Of a DNA stretch of 64,000 nucleotides, positions 12,783 through 24,408 are shown piece by piece. The DNA is taken from NCBI RefSeq assembly GCF_030684315.1, contig NC_081387.1:18355309-18419308 (forward strand), given 5' to 3'. The position numbers and the translations under genes were made by a program. Every line of letters starts with the position of its first letter. Within the stretch, counting starts at the first letter, position 1. Source of the stretch: Stegostoma tigrinum (Eukaryota). The notes under the pieces were generated by a model that had not been told where the DNA came from, ran no database searches, and saw only the letters and a program-made list of their open reading frames with translations.

Positions 12783-12925
12783 AGCTATTTCTGCTTTCAC
12801 CTGAAAGGGCACCACAAGCACTTGTGACAGAAATTCTTGATCCCATCCTTGTGATCCTTGAAATTCCTGCTCAGTGGATCAAAGCTGTTGTAACATTCTT
12901 CTTCACTGTTTTGTTTTCAAATGTT
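12783..12925 (+). other. Shadow exon 1 duplicate in intron of copy 2
   Basis: ctgctttcacctgaaagggcaccacaagcacttgtgacagaaattcttgatcccatccttgtgatccttgaaattcctg; CR1 sequence on both sides. Confidence 0.7.
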
Positions 12926-13919
12926 TGAAAGAACATCATCTCAGAAAAATGAACTCCCAATTTCAGACTGATGTTGAGGAGGAACCTTTTCTCTCAAAGG
13001 ATTGTGAATGTTCGGAACTCCTTGACACAGGCAGAGCTGTGGAAGCAGAATCCTCATGTACATTTAAGGCTGAGATGGACGAATTCTTGATGGCAGTGTC
13101 AGACACTTCAAAAAGATAACGCTTTTTCTAAGACATTAGCCATAGAAAAGGAATCTAGGAACACGTGAAATAAGAGCAGGAGTAGGCCTTTTGGCCTCTA
13201 GAGCATCTTCCAAATTTTAATCAGATCATGGCTGATCTCAGTGAGCTCCGTCATCCTACCTGCTTTCCATAACTCTCGACTCCCTGGTGTATCCAAAGTT
13301 GATCTAACTCAGTCTGATGGGCCCAAGTCCCGTGCCCCATCAGGGTAGCAGGATTTTGCATAATAACCAATTTCTGACAGTATAGAAATGGAACTCTCCA
13401 TATTTATGTTTGAAACAGGAAACTGCTCATCCCTAAATGACGTCCCGTATTTTATATGTCTCCCATCAAGAGGAAACTACCTCCTGATGTTACAATTATT
13501 CCATTCCACTCAAAATATCAAATGTTTCATTGAGATCACCTCATATTCTTCTCGACTCAAATGAATCCAAACATAACTTTCCTTCACAAAGCAGGACTTT
13601 AAACCTTGGAATGAGACATGGAAACCTTCCCTGGGCTGTTTCTAAAGCAATAGTAATTGTTTTCTTGAAATCGGGAGACCACGAAGTTCAATGAGGCAAC
13701 CACTTACATACTCCTTGTTAAATCCTCTTCCAATTACTTTCATAATATACATATTGCATTACAAATGAGATGTCAGTATTTTTCATCGTTGTACAAGTCT
13801 ATAATTATTAGCAGTCTTGCGAGCGCCCGCCCCCCCCCCCACAACCTCTTCAAATTTCTAACATTGTGCATCTCTGTTGCATGTTTTGATCCATCTCAAA
13901 ATCCAGATTTTCTTTTCAG

Positions 13920-14827
13920 CGAACCTGATGACAATGTTGATTCTTTCTCAAGAGAAGTGCGGACTTTCCAGAGGAATCACTCGTTATATGACTGCCATGG
14001 CAACATGAGATCTGATGGTCATTGTCTTCAATGTGATTGTGAGCCAAATCATTAATTATCATTTCCCGAGCTCGCTGCTGAACTACACTCCTGTCTGCAG
14101 ACTCAGTGCTTTCCTGCAAGGGCTGAGCATCCAACTCTCCACCTGGTTTACCACAGCCTTCACCTTTGACCGCTTTGTAGCAATTTGCCTCAACAAATTA
14201 AAGATGAGATATTGCACTGAAAGAATGGCCAACGTGGTCATATGCACCATAACTGTGCTTATCATTTTGGTCAACATTCCCTTGTCTTTTCGCTACAAAT
14301 CCACTTACATTCTTAACAAAGTGCAGTGGGGCTGCCAGACCATTACTGGTTACCTGACTTCACCGATTTGGGCTGCTCATCGGTGGGTGACCAGTTTCTC
14401 AAGCACATTTCTTCCTATTCCCCTGTTCCTGTTGTTGAATTCTCTTACTGCCCGGCACATCCTAGTAGCCAACAGAGCTCGCCGAGCCCTGAAGAGTAGC
14501 AGCAGTGATGGCGTTGGGAAGCTGAGCAGCGACCATGAACTGAAGAGTAGGAGGACCTCCATTGTTTTGCTTTTCACCATCTCTGGGAGCTTTGTAGTGC
14601 TGTCGGTGCCCATCTCTGTCATCCACATTTGTGTCGGCTTCACCAGCCTTCTGGCTTACCAAGGTTCAACCTCATTCTCTTTGGCACTTAGGGCAACGTT
14701 CCTGCTGATGTGCACCAGCTCCTGCACAAACACTTGTATTTACACACTGACCCAAAGGAGATTCAGAGAGGAGATGAAGAATCTGGTGAAATCTCCCTAT
14801 TCTCTGCTGCGTAAGCTACACAAATAA
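13920..14827 (+). pseudogene. GPR139-like: GPR139-like copy 2 exon 2; one premature TGA at 14006-14008, otherwise full length (323 codons spliced)
   Basis: Acceptor ttttcag at 13919; ..AMAT*DLMV.. (GGA or GCA at this codon in paralogs); FDRFVAIC; NTCIY; ORF 14015-14827. Confidence 0.85.
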
Positions 14828-14839
14828 TTTATATTTGCC

Positions 14840-15150
14840 GGGCGAGGTGGTGATCAAGTGATAATCTCAGTGGGTCAGTAATCCTGAAGCCGAACCTATC
14901 AACCCATGAACACAGTTTCAAATCATGTCTTGCCAATTAGTGAAATTCCCAGTCAATAAAAATCTCACATAACGGTGATTATGTAGCCAATCATAATTAT
15001 CAAGTCTGAAGGTTAATTGTCATCTCAGAGTTCATGCCCTTCAGGGAAGGTTTTCTACCCTCTTTGTCCACACACGTGAAATCAGGCCCACAGCCAACTG
15101 CTCAAGAGATGCTTACTGAGTTGGTAATGACCATGTCTCCAACTGTAGAA
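14840..15150 (+). mobile_element. MER131-like SINE after the stop of copy 2
   Basis: Same head and position as 4056-4397; AATAAA at 14955. Confidence 0.55.
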
Positions 15151-16379
15151 AATACATTTGGACATCATTTGTTTTTATAATTTTCAATGTAACACATTTG
15201 ATCGTAAACGCTTGGGCTAAGCTCCACCTGCTCCAGCATTGCAGTATAATATACATGACCAGGCTGGTTCAAATATCAGCAGATGCTGGGACTTCCAGTA
15301 ATTTTACACCATACCTTAGTGAGACCACAATTGCAGAGTTTGATCGGTTTTCACAGTTTGGCTGTCATACAGATTGTGTTGAAGAGGTTCCCACCCTGCC
15401 TTGTTCACTCACAGAATGAGGGTTGGGCCAGCATCCCCAGAGGGCGGTCCAGAGTAAACCACATTTAGCCAGGCCAGGTGAGGATGAATAGAGAGTAAAA
15501 TTTCAATCTTTGAAAAGAGGTTTAGACAGATTCTTGAATAGGAAAGCTTCAGTGGGATATGGGCCAAATACTTGCAAATGAAACGAGTTTAGTTTTGGCA
15601 ACCAGATTGGCATGGAGGAGTTGGACTCTAGGGCCTTTTTCCGTGCTATATGACATTCTGACGTTATGACTGCTCTTGTCTCTGTGTAGTTGTGAATGAT
15701 GTGGAACATTATGCAATGAACAACAATAACAGCATCAACAAAATCTGACATTTTGACCTTACGGTGGTGAGAAGGTCATTGACAAACCAGCTTCAACTGC
15801 TGGAATCTGATAACTCAATCATTTGGCCAAGCGATTTTATGGAAATCTGAAGTTAGATTAAAAAATTAGAATGGTTCTGTTGGTTAGTCTCGAAAGAATT
15901 TCCTTCCACACTGATTAGTGTGAAATATCCTACCCATCCTCAGTGTGACTGACGAGCACTGCAGTAAAATGCAAGAAGGAATGCACAGACTGTTCGGAGG
16001 CGTGGAATAGACAAATGAAAACTATGGCAGAAAATCTGAAGAAATGGACTTGATGAGGGACAATGGCAACAAGGCAAGCATTTACCATAGTTCTAGATCC
16101 ATATTGCATTTTACAGCAATATGACTTAACAATCTTTTCATAAGTGGTACTTTGGGAATTCATGATGATAATACGACTGGATTCCACATTAAGCTTGAGA
16201 GAGTCTTAATGAGTCGAATGCAAAACCTTAAACTTGTATTTGAACAAAGCCAATTGTATGCATGCAAGAAGAAAACTGAATAAAGTTGCTTGAGGAATTA
16301 CCCTGAGGTTTGTGGCTGCAAATTAACCTTGGAAAACCTTTGTAGAAATGGACAACTCAGCAACATGGAAACATGAGTT

Positions 16380-18650
16380 GAGTGTGACTGTCTTTGACAT
16401 CAAGGCCAGCCAGATTTGTCCATATATAACATGAAGGCGTCTGAGCTAAACTTGACTAAATAGGACTTGGTGTCAGCAACACTCTGCTGGTTGGAGTCCT
16501 GCTTGGTACACTGGAAAAGAGTTGTGGTTGTTGGAAGCCAGTCATTTCAGCTCTAGTACATTACTCCAGGTGTTCCTTGGGATTGTGTGGTTGGATTATA
16601 AATTATTCCATCAATGATCCTCCCTTCATCTTTTGGTCAGAAGATGTGGTGAACACTGATGATTGCACAAAATTCAGTTCCATTCATGACTCTGCAGATT
16701 CATTCGTAGCCCATGTTCGAATGCAACAAGATCTCTACGATATCAGGATTGGGTTGACAAGAAGTTACTACATTTGTGCCAAATAAATGTCAGGCAATGA
16801 TCATCACCAGTAAGAGAGAAAATGCTATCCCTTGGCATTCCATAATATTACCATCACTGAATCCCCAGTATCAATGTCCTAGAGGTTACCACTGGCCATA
16901 AATTCAACTGGACTCAAGTTATAATTACATACACACAGTGGCTACAAGAGCAGGTCAGAGACTAGAAAAAAACTGTGGCAAGAAACGAATCTCCTATTTT
17001 TCCCAAATTCAGTTCACTTTCTTTAAGGCTTGAGTCAGGGGGATGGCTGAGTTTCCCCAGTTGCCTCAGTCAGTGCAGCTCCATTAATGCTCAAGAAGGT
17101 CAAAGTGTCCAGCATAAAACAACCCTCTTAACTGACATCACATCCACAAGCATCCATTTCGTCCACTGGCGCAAAATAACAGTAGTGTGTACTATCACGC
17201 TCTTTAGAAATTCATCGAAGATCCAGAGAGAATGCTTTATGAAAACATAGAACATAGAACATAGAACATAGAACAGTACAGCACAGAACAGGCCCTTCAG
17301 CCCACAATGTTGTGCCGACCATTGATCCTCATGGATGCACCCTCAAATTTCTGTGACCATATGCATGTCCAGCAGTCTCTTAAATGACCCCAATGACCTT
17401 GCTTCCACAACTGCTGCTGGCAACGCATTCCATGCTCTCACAACTCTCTGCGTAAAGAACCTGCCTCTGACATCCCCTCTATACTTTCCACCAACCAGCT
17501 TAAAACTATGACCCCTCGTGCTAGCCATTTCTGCCCTGGGAAATAGTCTCTGGCTATCGACTCTATCTATGCCTCTCATTATCTTGTATACCTCAATTAG
17601 GTCCCCTCTCCTCCTCCTTTTCTCCAATGAAAAGAGACCGAGCTCAGTCAACCTCTCTTCATAAGATAAGCCCTCCAGTCCAGGCAGCATCCTGGTAAAC
17701 CTCCTCTGAACCCTCTCCAAAGCATCCACATCTTTCCTATAATAGGGCGCCCAGAACTGGACGCAGTATTCCAAGTGCGGTCTAACCAAAGTTTTATAGA
17801 GCTGCAACAAGATCTCACGACTCTTAAACTCAATCCCCCTGTTAATGAAAGCCAAAACACCATATGCTTTCTTAACAACCCTGTCCACTTGGGTGGCCAT
17901 TTTAAGGGATCTATGTATCTGCACACCAAGATCCCTCTGTTCCTCCACGCTGCCAAGAATCCTATCCTTAATCCTGTACTCAGCTTTCAAATTCGACCTT
18001 CCAAAATGCATCACCTCGCATTTATCCAGGTTGAACTCCATCTGCCACCTCTCAGCCCATCTCTGCATCCTGTCAATGTCCCGCTGCAGCCTACAACAGC
18101 CCTCTACACTGTCAACGACACCTCCGACCTTGGTGTCGTCTGCAAACTTGCTGACCCATCCTTCAATTCCCTCGTCCAAGTCATTAATAAAAATTACAAA
18201 CAGTAGAGGCCCAAGGACAGAGCCCTGTGGAACCCCACTCACCACTAACTTCCAGGCAGAATATTTTCCTTCTACTACCACTCGCTGTCTTCTGTTGGCC
18301 AGCCAATTCTGTATCCAAGCAGCTAAGTTCCCCTGTATCCCATTCCTCCTGACCTTCTGAATGAGCCTTCCATGGGGAACCTTATCAAATCAACATGACC
18401 TCTTCCATCTCGAAGGACAAGTATAGACCATACAAAGTAAAACCACCATGTGCAATTTCCCCTGTAAGCCACTCGCCATCCTGATTGGGAAATATATCAC
18501 AGTGCCTTCAGTGTTGCTGGATCAAAATCTTGGAATTCCCTATCTCATGTCCAGAGAATGCAACAGTTTGAGCAGGCAGATAATCATAATATACTTCGGG
18601 GTAGGTAAGAAATGGTAATTAATTCTGGGCTAGCTATTCACCCTCAGAAA
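16380..18650 (+). mobile_element. Old non-LTR LINE 3' part (CR1/L2-group), split by the young CR1 at 17245-18390
   Basis: Degenerate RT (INDPP..TDDCTKF..MQQDL); sequence resumes at 18391; 3' tail resembles the SINE tail. Confidence 0.65.
17245..18390 (-). mobile_element. Young 5'-truncated CR1 LINE (ORF 17343-18281, 312 aa)
   Basis: Protein matches ORF 8170-9072 over their shared length; (CATAGAA)n tail. Confidence 0.95.
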
Positions 18651-18914
18651 ATATACAATTTAATCTGGCAGTCAACTATCAGACTATCACGCAATATTGT
18701 ACAGGGATTCCACCTTCTTCATTACATTGATGGCTAAGCACGGGACTTGATCCAATGACCCTGTGACTGTGAAGTGAAAGGACTGGATTGGCTGTCACCA
18801 TATTTTATGTTCAGTAAATATCTCAAAGGGAGGGAGAGTTTCGGGGAAAATTCAAGGTGAATAATAAATTCTTTTATCCAGCTTCAAAGCGAAAGACAAA
18901 AGCGTCGATAGTAG

Positions 18915-19080
18915 CAGAGATAATGGGAACTGCAGATGCTGGAGAATTCCAAGAAAAAAAAATAAAGGTCTAGGCCCGAAGCGAGCTCTGATGAAGGGTC
19001 TAGGCCCGAAACGTCAGCTTTTGTGCTCCTGAGATGCTGCTTGGCCTGCTGTGTTCATCCAGCCTCACATTTTATTATCT
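18915..19080. mobile_element. 166-bp Penelope-derived mini-element with 14-bp TSD (AGCGTCGATAGTAG)
   Basis: TSD at 18901-18914 and 19081-19094; built from Penelope terminal sequence (compare 28571-28699) in both orientations. Confidence 0.85.
18983..19020 (+). ncRNA. Minimal type I hammerhead ribozyme motif
   Basis: gagct-CTGATGA-aGGGtctaggCCC-GAAAC-GTC-agctt: intact core, stem II GGG/CCC, 5-bp stem I, palindromic ACGT stem III. Confidence 0.7.
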
Positions 19081-19444
19081 AGCGTCGATAGTAGTCCGTT
19101 TTTGATCATTATTCCATGTGGTATGTGTCCAATGCTGACGTCAATATTGGGGAAGTTTTAAAAGAGAGGGCAGCGGAAGCTTGCTCATCAGAAGGGAGGA
19201 TATCTGGAGAGACTTTGATGAAAAGATGAGAGTTAAAACACGTCGATGATTGAAAGAGCTTCATCAGATGCAACGTGTTTGAAAGTAACCCAGTGTGCTG
19301 CAAATTCCAAAGCTGGGAAGTATTAAATTAAATATTCTGGACATGAATAACCATTATCTATGCCCCATATCAGCACGCAGAAGGAAGAACTGAAAATGAT
19401 TCTTCAGATGTTTTGCAGCTTGAATGGTAGCTCTGTGATGCTAA

Positions 19445-19595
19445 CAATGTCAGTTCAATTCCCATGACCAGCTGAGGTTAACATGAAAGATTTCTAATCC
19501 TCAGTCTGTCCCCTTGCCTCAGGCATGGTGACCCAGAGCTCAAACTCACCACCAGTCTTGTCTCTCTCTAATGAGAGAGTGACAATATGCTGACA
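19445..19595 (+). mobile_element. tRNA-derived SINE fragment
   Basis: B-box-like agttcaattccc followed by gctgaggtt...tctctctaatgagagag hairpin. Confidence 0.45.
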
Positions 19596-21249
19596 TTAAA
19601 ATAATTTCAACAGTAGTACTTCAATGTGTACTAGTTTGATAGTTATGAATGAAAATGTCGTCGGCAAGATGTGTCCTTTTTTACAGCCATAGTCTATATA
19701 CCACCAAGGGACAATTTCAATCATTTTCTTTGTAAAGCACCAGAACAGCACCAAAGTTCTCGAGAACCTGGTCAAAGATTTGTAGCCGATAAATGTGGCA
19801 AGAGGGGTAAATGTGGCAGATGCTGTCATTTAAATTCAATAAACGTCTACCCTAATTGCACCAATTTCACTATTTCTGAATGAAGTAGAGCCCATTTGGT
19901 TCACAGAATCCTTTTGGTACCCGGCGTGGCCGACATACACCTCCATACTGACAGCAGTATGGGTGATTCTAAAATGGCCTCGCAAGTCAGTCAGCACATG
20001 AGCATTTAGGGAGATGCAATGAATCTGAGCCAGCCAGCATCCCACAAAAGAATAAAATAAATATTCCAGGAGTTTGTCTCCATTGTACCAGCATTAGATT
20101 TACCCAGTTTATACGTGAATTATACTCACCCAATGTTATTGCATCCCCTTTGTTACATGCACCTCTCGTATCCTAACTAATATCTTTTCCAAACTGTCAC
20201 TGCTGTTTTGTGTTCTAGAAGCAGCCCTAATCAATTATTGTCACCTTTTGTAGTTTATTACAGTTCATGCTGTTCATCTTTACCCAAAGATACTCAGTTT
20301 CAAATTTTGGTCACCCTGCAGCCATGACTCCATTATGGCAATCTGATCATATCTATTTATTCTGTGCACGTCATCAATTCACCTTCATTGTTGCAAATGT
20401 CGCTTGATCCCTCAATGATCATTACTCCCTAATTTTACCCAACTGATGGTTTAATGCCCTTCAAGAAAGACGTTAGAATCATAGATTCAAACAGCATGGA
20501 AACAGGCCTCTTAGTCCAACCTACCCATGCCGACTATGATCCCAAGCTGTGCCAGTCCCAAGTGACTGCACTTGGCCGATTCCTCTAAATATTTCTTATT
20601 CATGTAATTATCTAAATGCCTTTTAAACATCACAAATACATCTGCTGGATGATCATTCCACACACATGATGTTCACTGTCTCTCAAAATCCCAAAGTTGA
20701 TCTTGAAAATGATGAAAGCCTTGAGGCTCTTGATTGAGGTGTGGATTGGACTGAGTTAGAGATCTGAGTTGCGGAGTTAAATTCTCATGGCAGATACTAG
20801 GAAGAATGGGTTTCGAAGGATTTGTTGGTGAAGCCAGTGTTTACTGTATATTCTACCAACATTTGGACTCCAGACCTACTGAAAGTCTTGACTGTGATAT
20901 GGATGACAGAATGGAAATCAACTGATGCATTCTCATGATCCACTGGGAACATAAGATGATATTCAGTTTTGTACTCCTGGGCCATCACAATGTTAACGTT
21001 TCATCGAATAACTAAAAAGCCCTCAATTTACATTTCTGATAACCTCAGGAAAATGGGAAACACCAACCAGCTTGTTCTGGGGCAAACATCTTAAAGGGAG
21101 CATTTAAGCAAACAGGTCACCAGATAGCTTGTCAAATCACTTTACTTCAGTCGCATGGTTTTTCAAAATTGTGTTTTCACTGAATGAGAAAGAACATCTT
21201 TTTCTGATGCTTACTAAAAACAAGTCATCTGTGATATCATCCCGACAAT

Positions 21250-21490
21250 GCAGAAGCAGGCCATTTGAGTCTACAACCAACCCTGTGAAGAGCATCCTAC
21301 CCTAGACAAAATGGGCATTTTATCATAGCCAATCCACCAAACCTGCAATTCTTTGGACTGTAGGAGGATGCTGGAGCACGCAGAGGAAATCCATGCAGGC
21401 GCTGGGTGAACATGCAAACTCCAGAAAGACAGTCACCCGAAGGTGGAATTGAACCCAGGTCCCTGGCGCTGTGAGCCTGCAGTACCAACA
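21250..21490 (-). mobile_element. HE1-like SINE
   Basis: aattgaacccaggtccctggcgctgtgag; catgcaaactcc. Confidence 0.7.
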
Positions 21491-21819
21491 ACAGCAGCTT
21501 TTTGCTTCTCACAATGAAAACCAAAACTCAATGTTCCCGCATATTAGTATTGCTTAATAAACATTAATCACAGGCTCAAAACAAGCCTGTATCTTGATAT
21601 GAAATAGGTTGTTTCAAAGGTCATCCAATATGTGTCCAGAACTTCGAATGCCATCAATCTATTGCCGCTGACAGTTTTCTCACAATTTGTGAAGGATAAG
21701 CGTAATTTCACAAATGTTCTTATAATGAAGGAAACCATGCCTCTGTGCAGTGTATAATTGCAAGATACATCCTTATAAATGAAATGTATAATTTGTAGCT
21801 TCAAAGAACCGGACTTGTT

Positions 21820-22335
21820 CCTTTCTTCTTTCATTTGTTCATTTGTTTGTTCCTTCCTTCTCCTCCCCCTTTCTTCCTTGGTATTTGCCATCCTTCTTCC
21901 TCTCTTCCTTCCTTCTTCCCTCCCACCATCTTCCCTCCTCCCATTCCTCAATTCCTTCTTTGCTTTCTCTCTTTGTTCGTTCCTTCATTCCTTCCTTCTT
22001 TAGCCCCTTCCTTCTTCCATCCTTTCTTTCTCTCTTTGCTCTTTCCTTCCTTACTTTCTCTCTTTGATCCTTACTTCCTCTCTTCCTTCCTTCTTTCCTT
22101 TCTCTCTTCCTTCTTTCCTTCCCCATTACTTCCCTTCTCTTTTCATTGTTACCTTCCCTCCATTCCCCCTTCGGTCAGGAACTCCTTCTTTCCTTCCTTG
22201 CTTCTTCTCTCGCTTTCTCTCTCTTTTTTTGCTTCATCTCAGTCTTCCCCTCTTTGCACCCCTCTCACTTTCTTCCTGTTTCATTTTCTCTGTCCCTCAA
22301 TCGTTCCCTCTTTCAGTCAGTCTTTTTTGCTCTCG
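21820..22335. repeat. Polypyrimidine (CCTT/CTTT)n low-complexity tract
   Basis: About 500 nt almost entirely C/T. Confidence 0.9.
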
Positions 22336-22598
22336 CACCACAGATGCTGACTGACCTGATATGTGTTGATGATCATTTCTGTCGTTATTTCAGATTCTCC
22401 TGAAATCTGCTTTTGTCGAAATTCAGCTAATCTGGGAGCCTCAATGTCTTGATTGCCTCCTGAAATAACTGCTTGAAGAATCTAATATGTGACACCAGTT
22501 GATTTTTTTTTCTTTTTTGGTCACCTGACATGTGTTGTAAATCTGTTTTCTGAATTGTTTGTAACAAGAGTCAAACCAACTGCATAAGTGATTGTATC

Positions 22599-22720
22599 AG
22601 TGATAATGGGAACTGCAGATGCTGATGAAGGGTCTCGGCCCGGAACGTCAGCTTTTGTGCTCCTGAGATGCTGCTTGGCCAGCTGTGTTCATCCAGCTTC
22701 ACACTTTGTTATCTTGCCTC
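22599..22720. mobile_element. ~120-bp Penelope-derived mini-element (hammerhead core mutated, GAAA to GGAA)
   Basis: gataatgggaactgcagatgCTGATGAagggtctcggcccGGAAcgtc; flanking agtgattg repeats. Confidence 0.7.
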
Positions 22721-23807
22721 AGTGATTGCTTCATTTCTGATTTTCCACCATTCTCTACTCCTGAACAAGTATTTATCCAACTTTCTCAATGAGCTTTTGA
22801 TCTGTTTAATTAATTTTAAAGGAATCGAGTTTTTTTTCTGTAATTTGTGAGAATATAATGTGCCTTATTAATGAGCCCAGCATGAATCTGACCAAAATAA
22901 GCAACTTTCCAACAAATAAGTGAATACATAGAGTCATTGACAATGGTATGTAATGTTCACATCATAGTTGACTAGACCTAGACAGGTAGAAAAAGAAAAA
23001 TGACGATGTTTCTTCATCATCAGTGTACACATAGGTACAATTGAAATATTAAACTGAAGTTCATTGTCCTGCTAACATCTCGATTGGAAATGGGGCACTG
23101 GAAATCATCCCACTAATCTCAGAGTCATGAAAATGTTTTTAAAAAGCTTAAAAGTAGCCATTTTACTTTGCATTCCATTCCCCTCACAATAAATGATAAC
23201 TCTGTCTTTTTTAATCTCATGCCTTGCTACACCTCGATACTATCATTTTGAAATTCAAACATTCAAACAACCCGATCCCTCTGCATCTCAGAGCTCTATC
23301 ATCTCATCACTGAAAAAAGGCGTTTTCTTTTTTCAATTTCTTCCTGACAAAGTTGACAATTTCACGTTTTTCATGTTCTCTTTTGTTTTCCATATCATTG
23401 CCAGTGCTTAACTTGTCTCGATCTTTTAATAGCTACCTTATGCCCTCAGGACAATTTAACTTTCGACCTATTTTTGTCAGAAAAGCAAATTTAGCGATGG
23501 TTTAACTCCATGTGATTTAAATAAATAGTACAAAGGTTGAGGCCTCAGCACTTGTCATATATTGCCACCAGGAAATTGTCTATTTATGCCTTCTCTCTGC
23601 TTCCTGTTAGCAAGCCAATATTTTTCCCGTGTCAATATGTCATTCGCTATAATATGAGGCTTCATTTGCTGCAACAGCCTTTGACGTAGCAGCTCATAAA
23701 ATAGGTTCTGGATCTCAAACTACAGTCAGCCACTGGCTCCCTTCACAGCTGACCAACTTTTCTGAAAGAACTTCAAAATTGGCTTTCATTCGCTGGTGAA
23801 TTTTGAT

Positions 23808-24408
23808 TTTCATTGGCAGGGGAATTGAGTTTAAGAGCCGCAAAATTATGCTGCAGATCTATAAAGCCCTGATCAGACCACATTTGGGATATTTTCTTCT
23901 GTTCTGGTCACCTCAATATAAGAATGATGAGGAATTTTTAGTGATGGTGCAGGGAAGATTTGCAACGATGCTGCCTGAACTGAAGGGCAGGTATTATCAG
24001 GAAAGATTGAGGGAGCTAGGGGATTTTTCATTGAAGGGAAGAAGGATGAGAGGTGACTTGATAGAGGTATACAAGATAATGGTGGGCATAGATGGAGTGG
24101 ATGGCCAGAGACTTTTTCCGAGGGCTGAAATGACTATTACAAGGGGACATAATTTTAAGGTGACTGGAGGAAGGTATAGGAGAGATGGTAGAGGTATGTT
24201 CTTTCCACAGAGAGTGGTGGGTGTGTGGAATGCGCTGCTGGCAGTGGTAGCTGAGTCAGATACTTTGGAAACTTGTAAGCAACCTTTGGACAGGCACATG
24301 AATGATAGTATAATGTAGCGTTTGATCTTAGTTGGCTAATAGTATGGCACAATATAGTGGGGCGAATGGCCTGTACTGAGCTGTATTGTGCAATGTTCTA
24401 TGTTCTAT
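23808..24408 (+). mobile_element. CR1 LINE 3' end
   Basis: ORF 23803-24318 GIEFKSR..RGDLIEVYKIM..; ctatgtt tail. Confidence 0.85.

Noticed and set aside
14006-14008. In-frame TGA as selenocysteine
   Set aside because: Paralogs have Gly/Ala here, not Cys, and no SECIS was recognised
21568-22403. Several overlapping ORFs of 74-171 aa
   Set aside because: Artefacts of the stop-poor CT/GA tract
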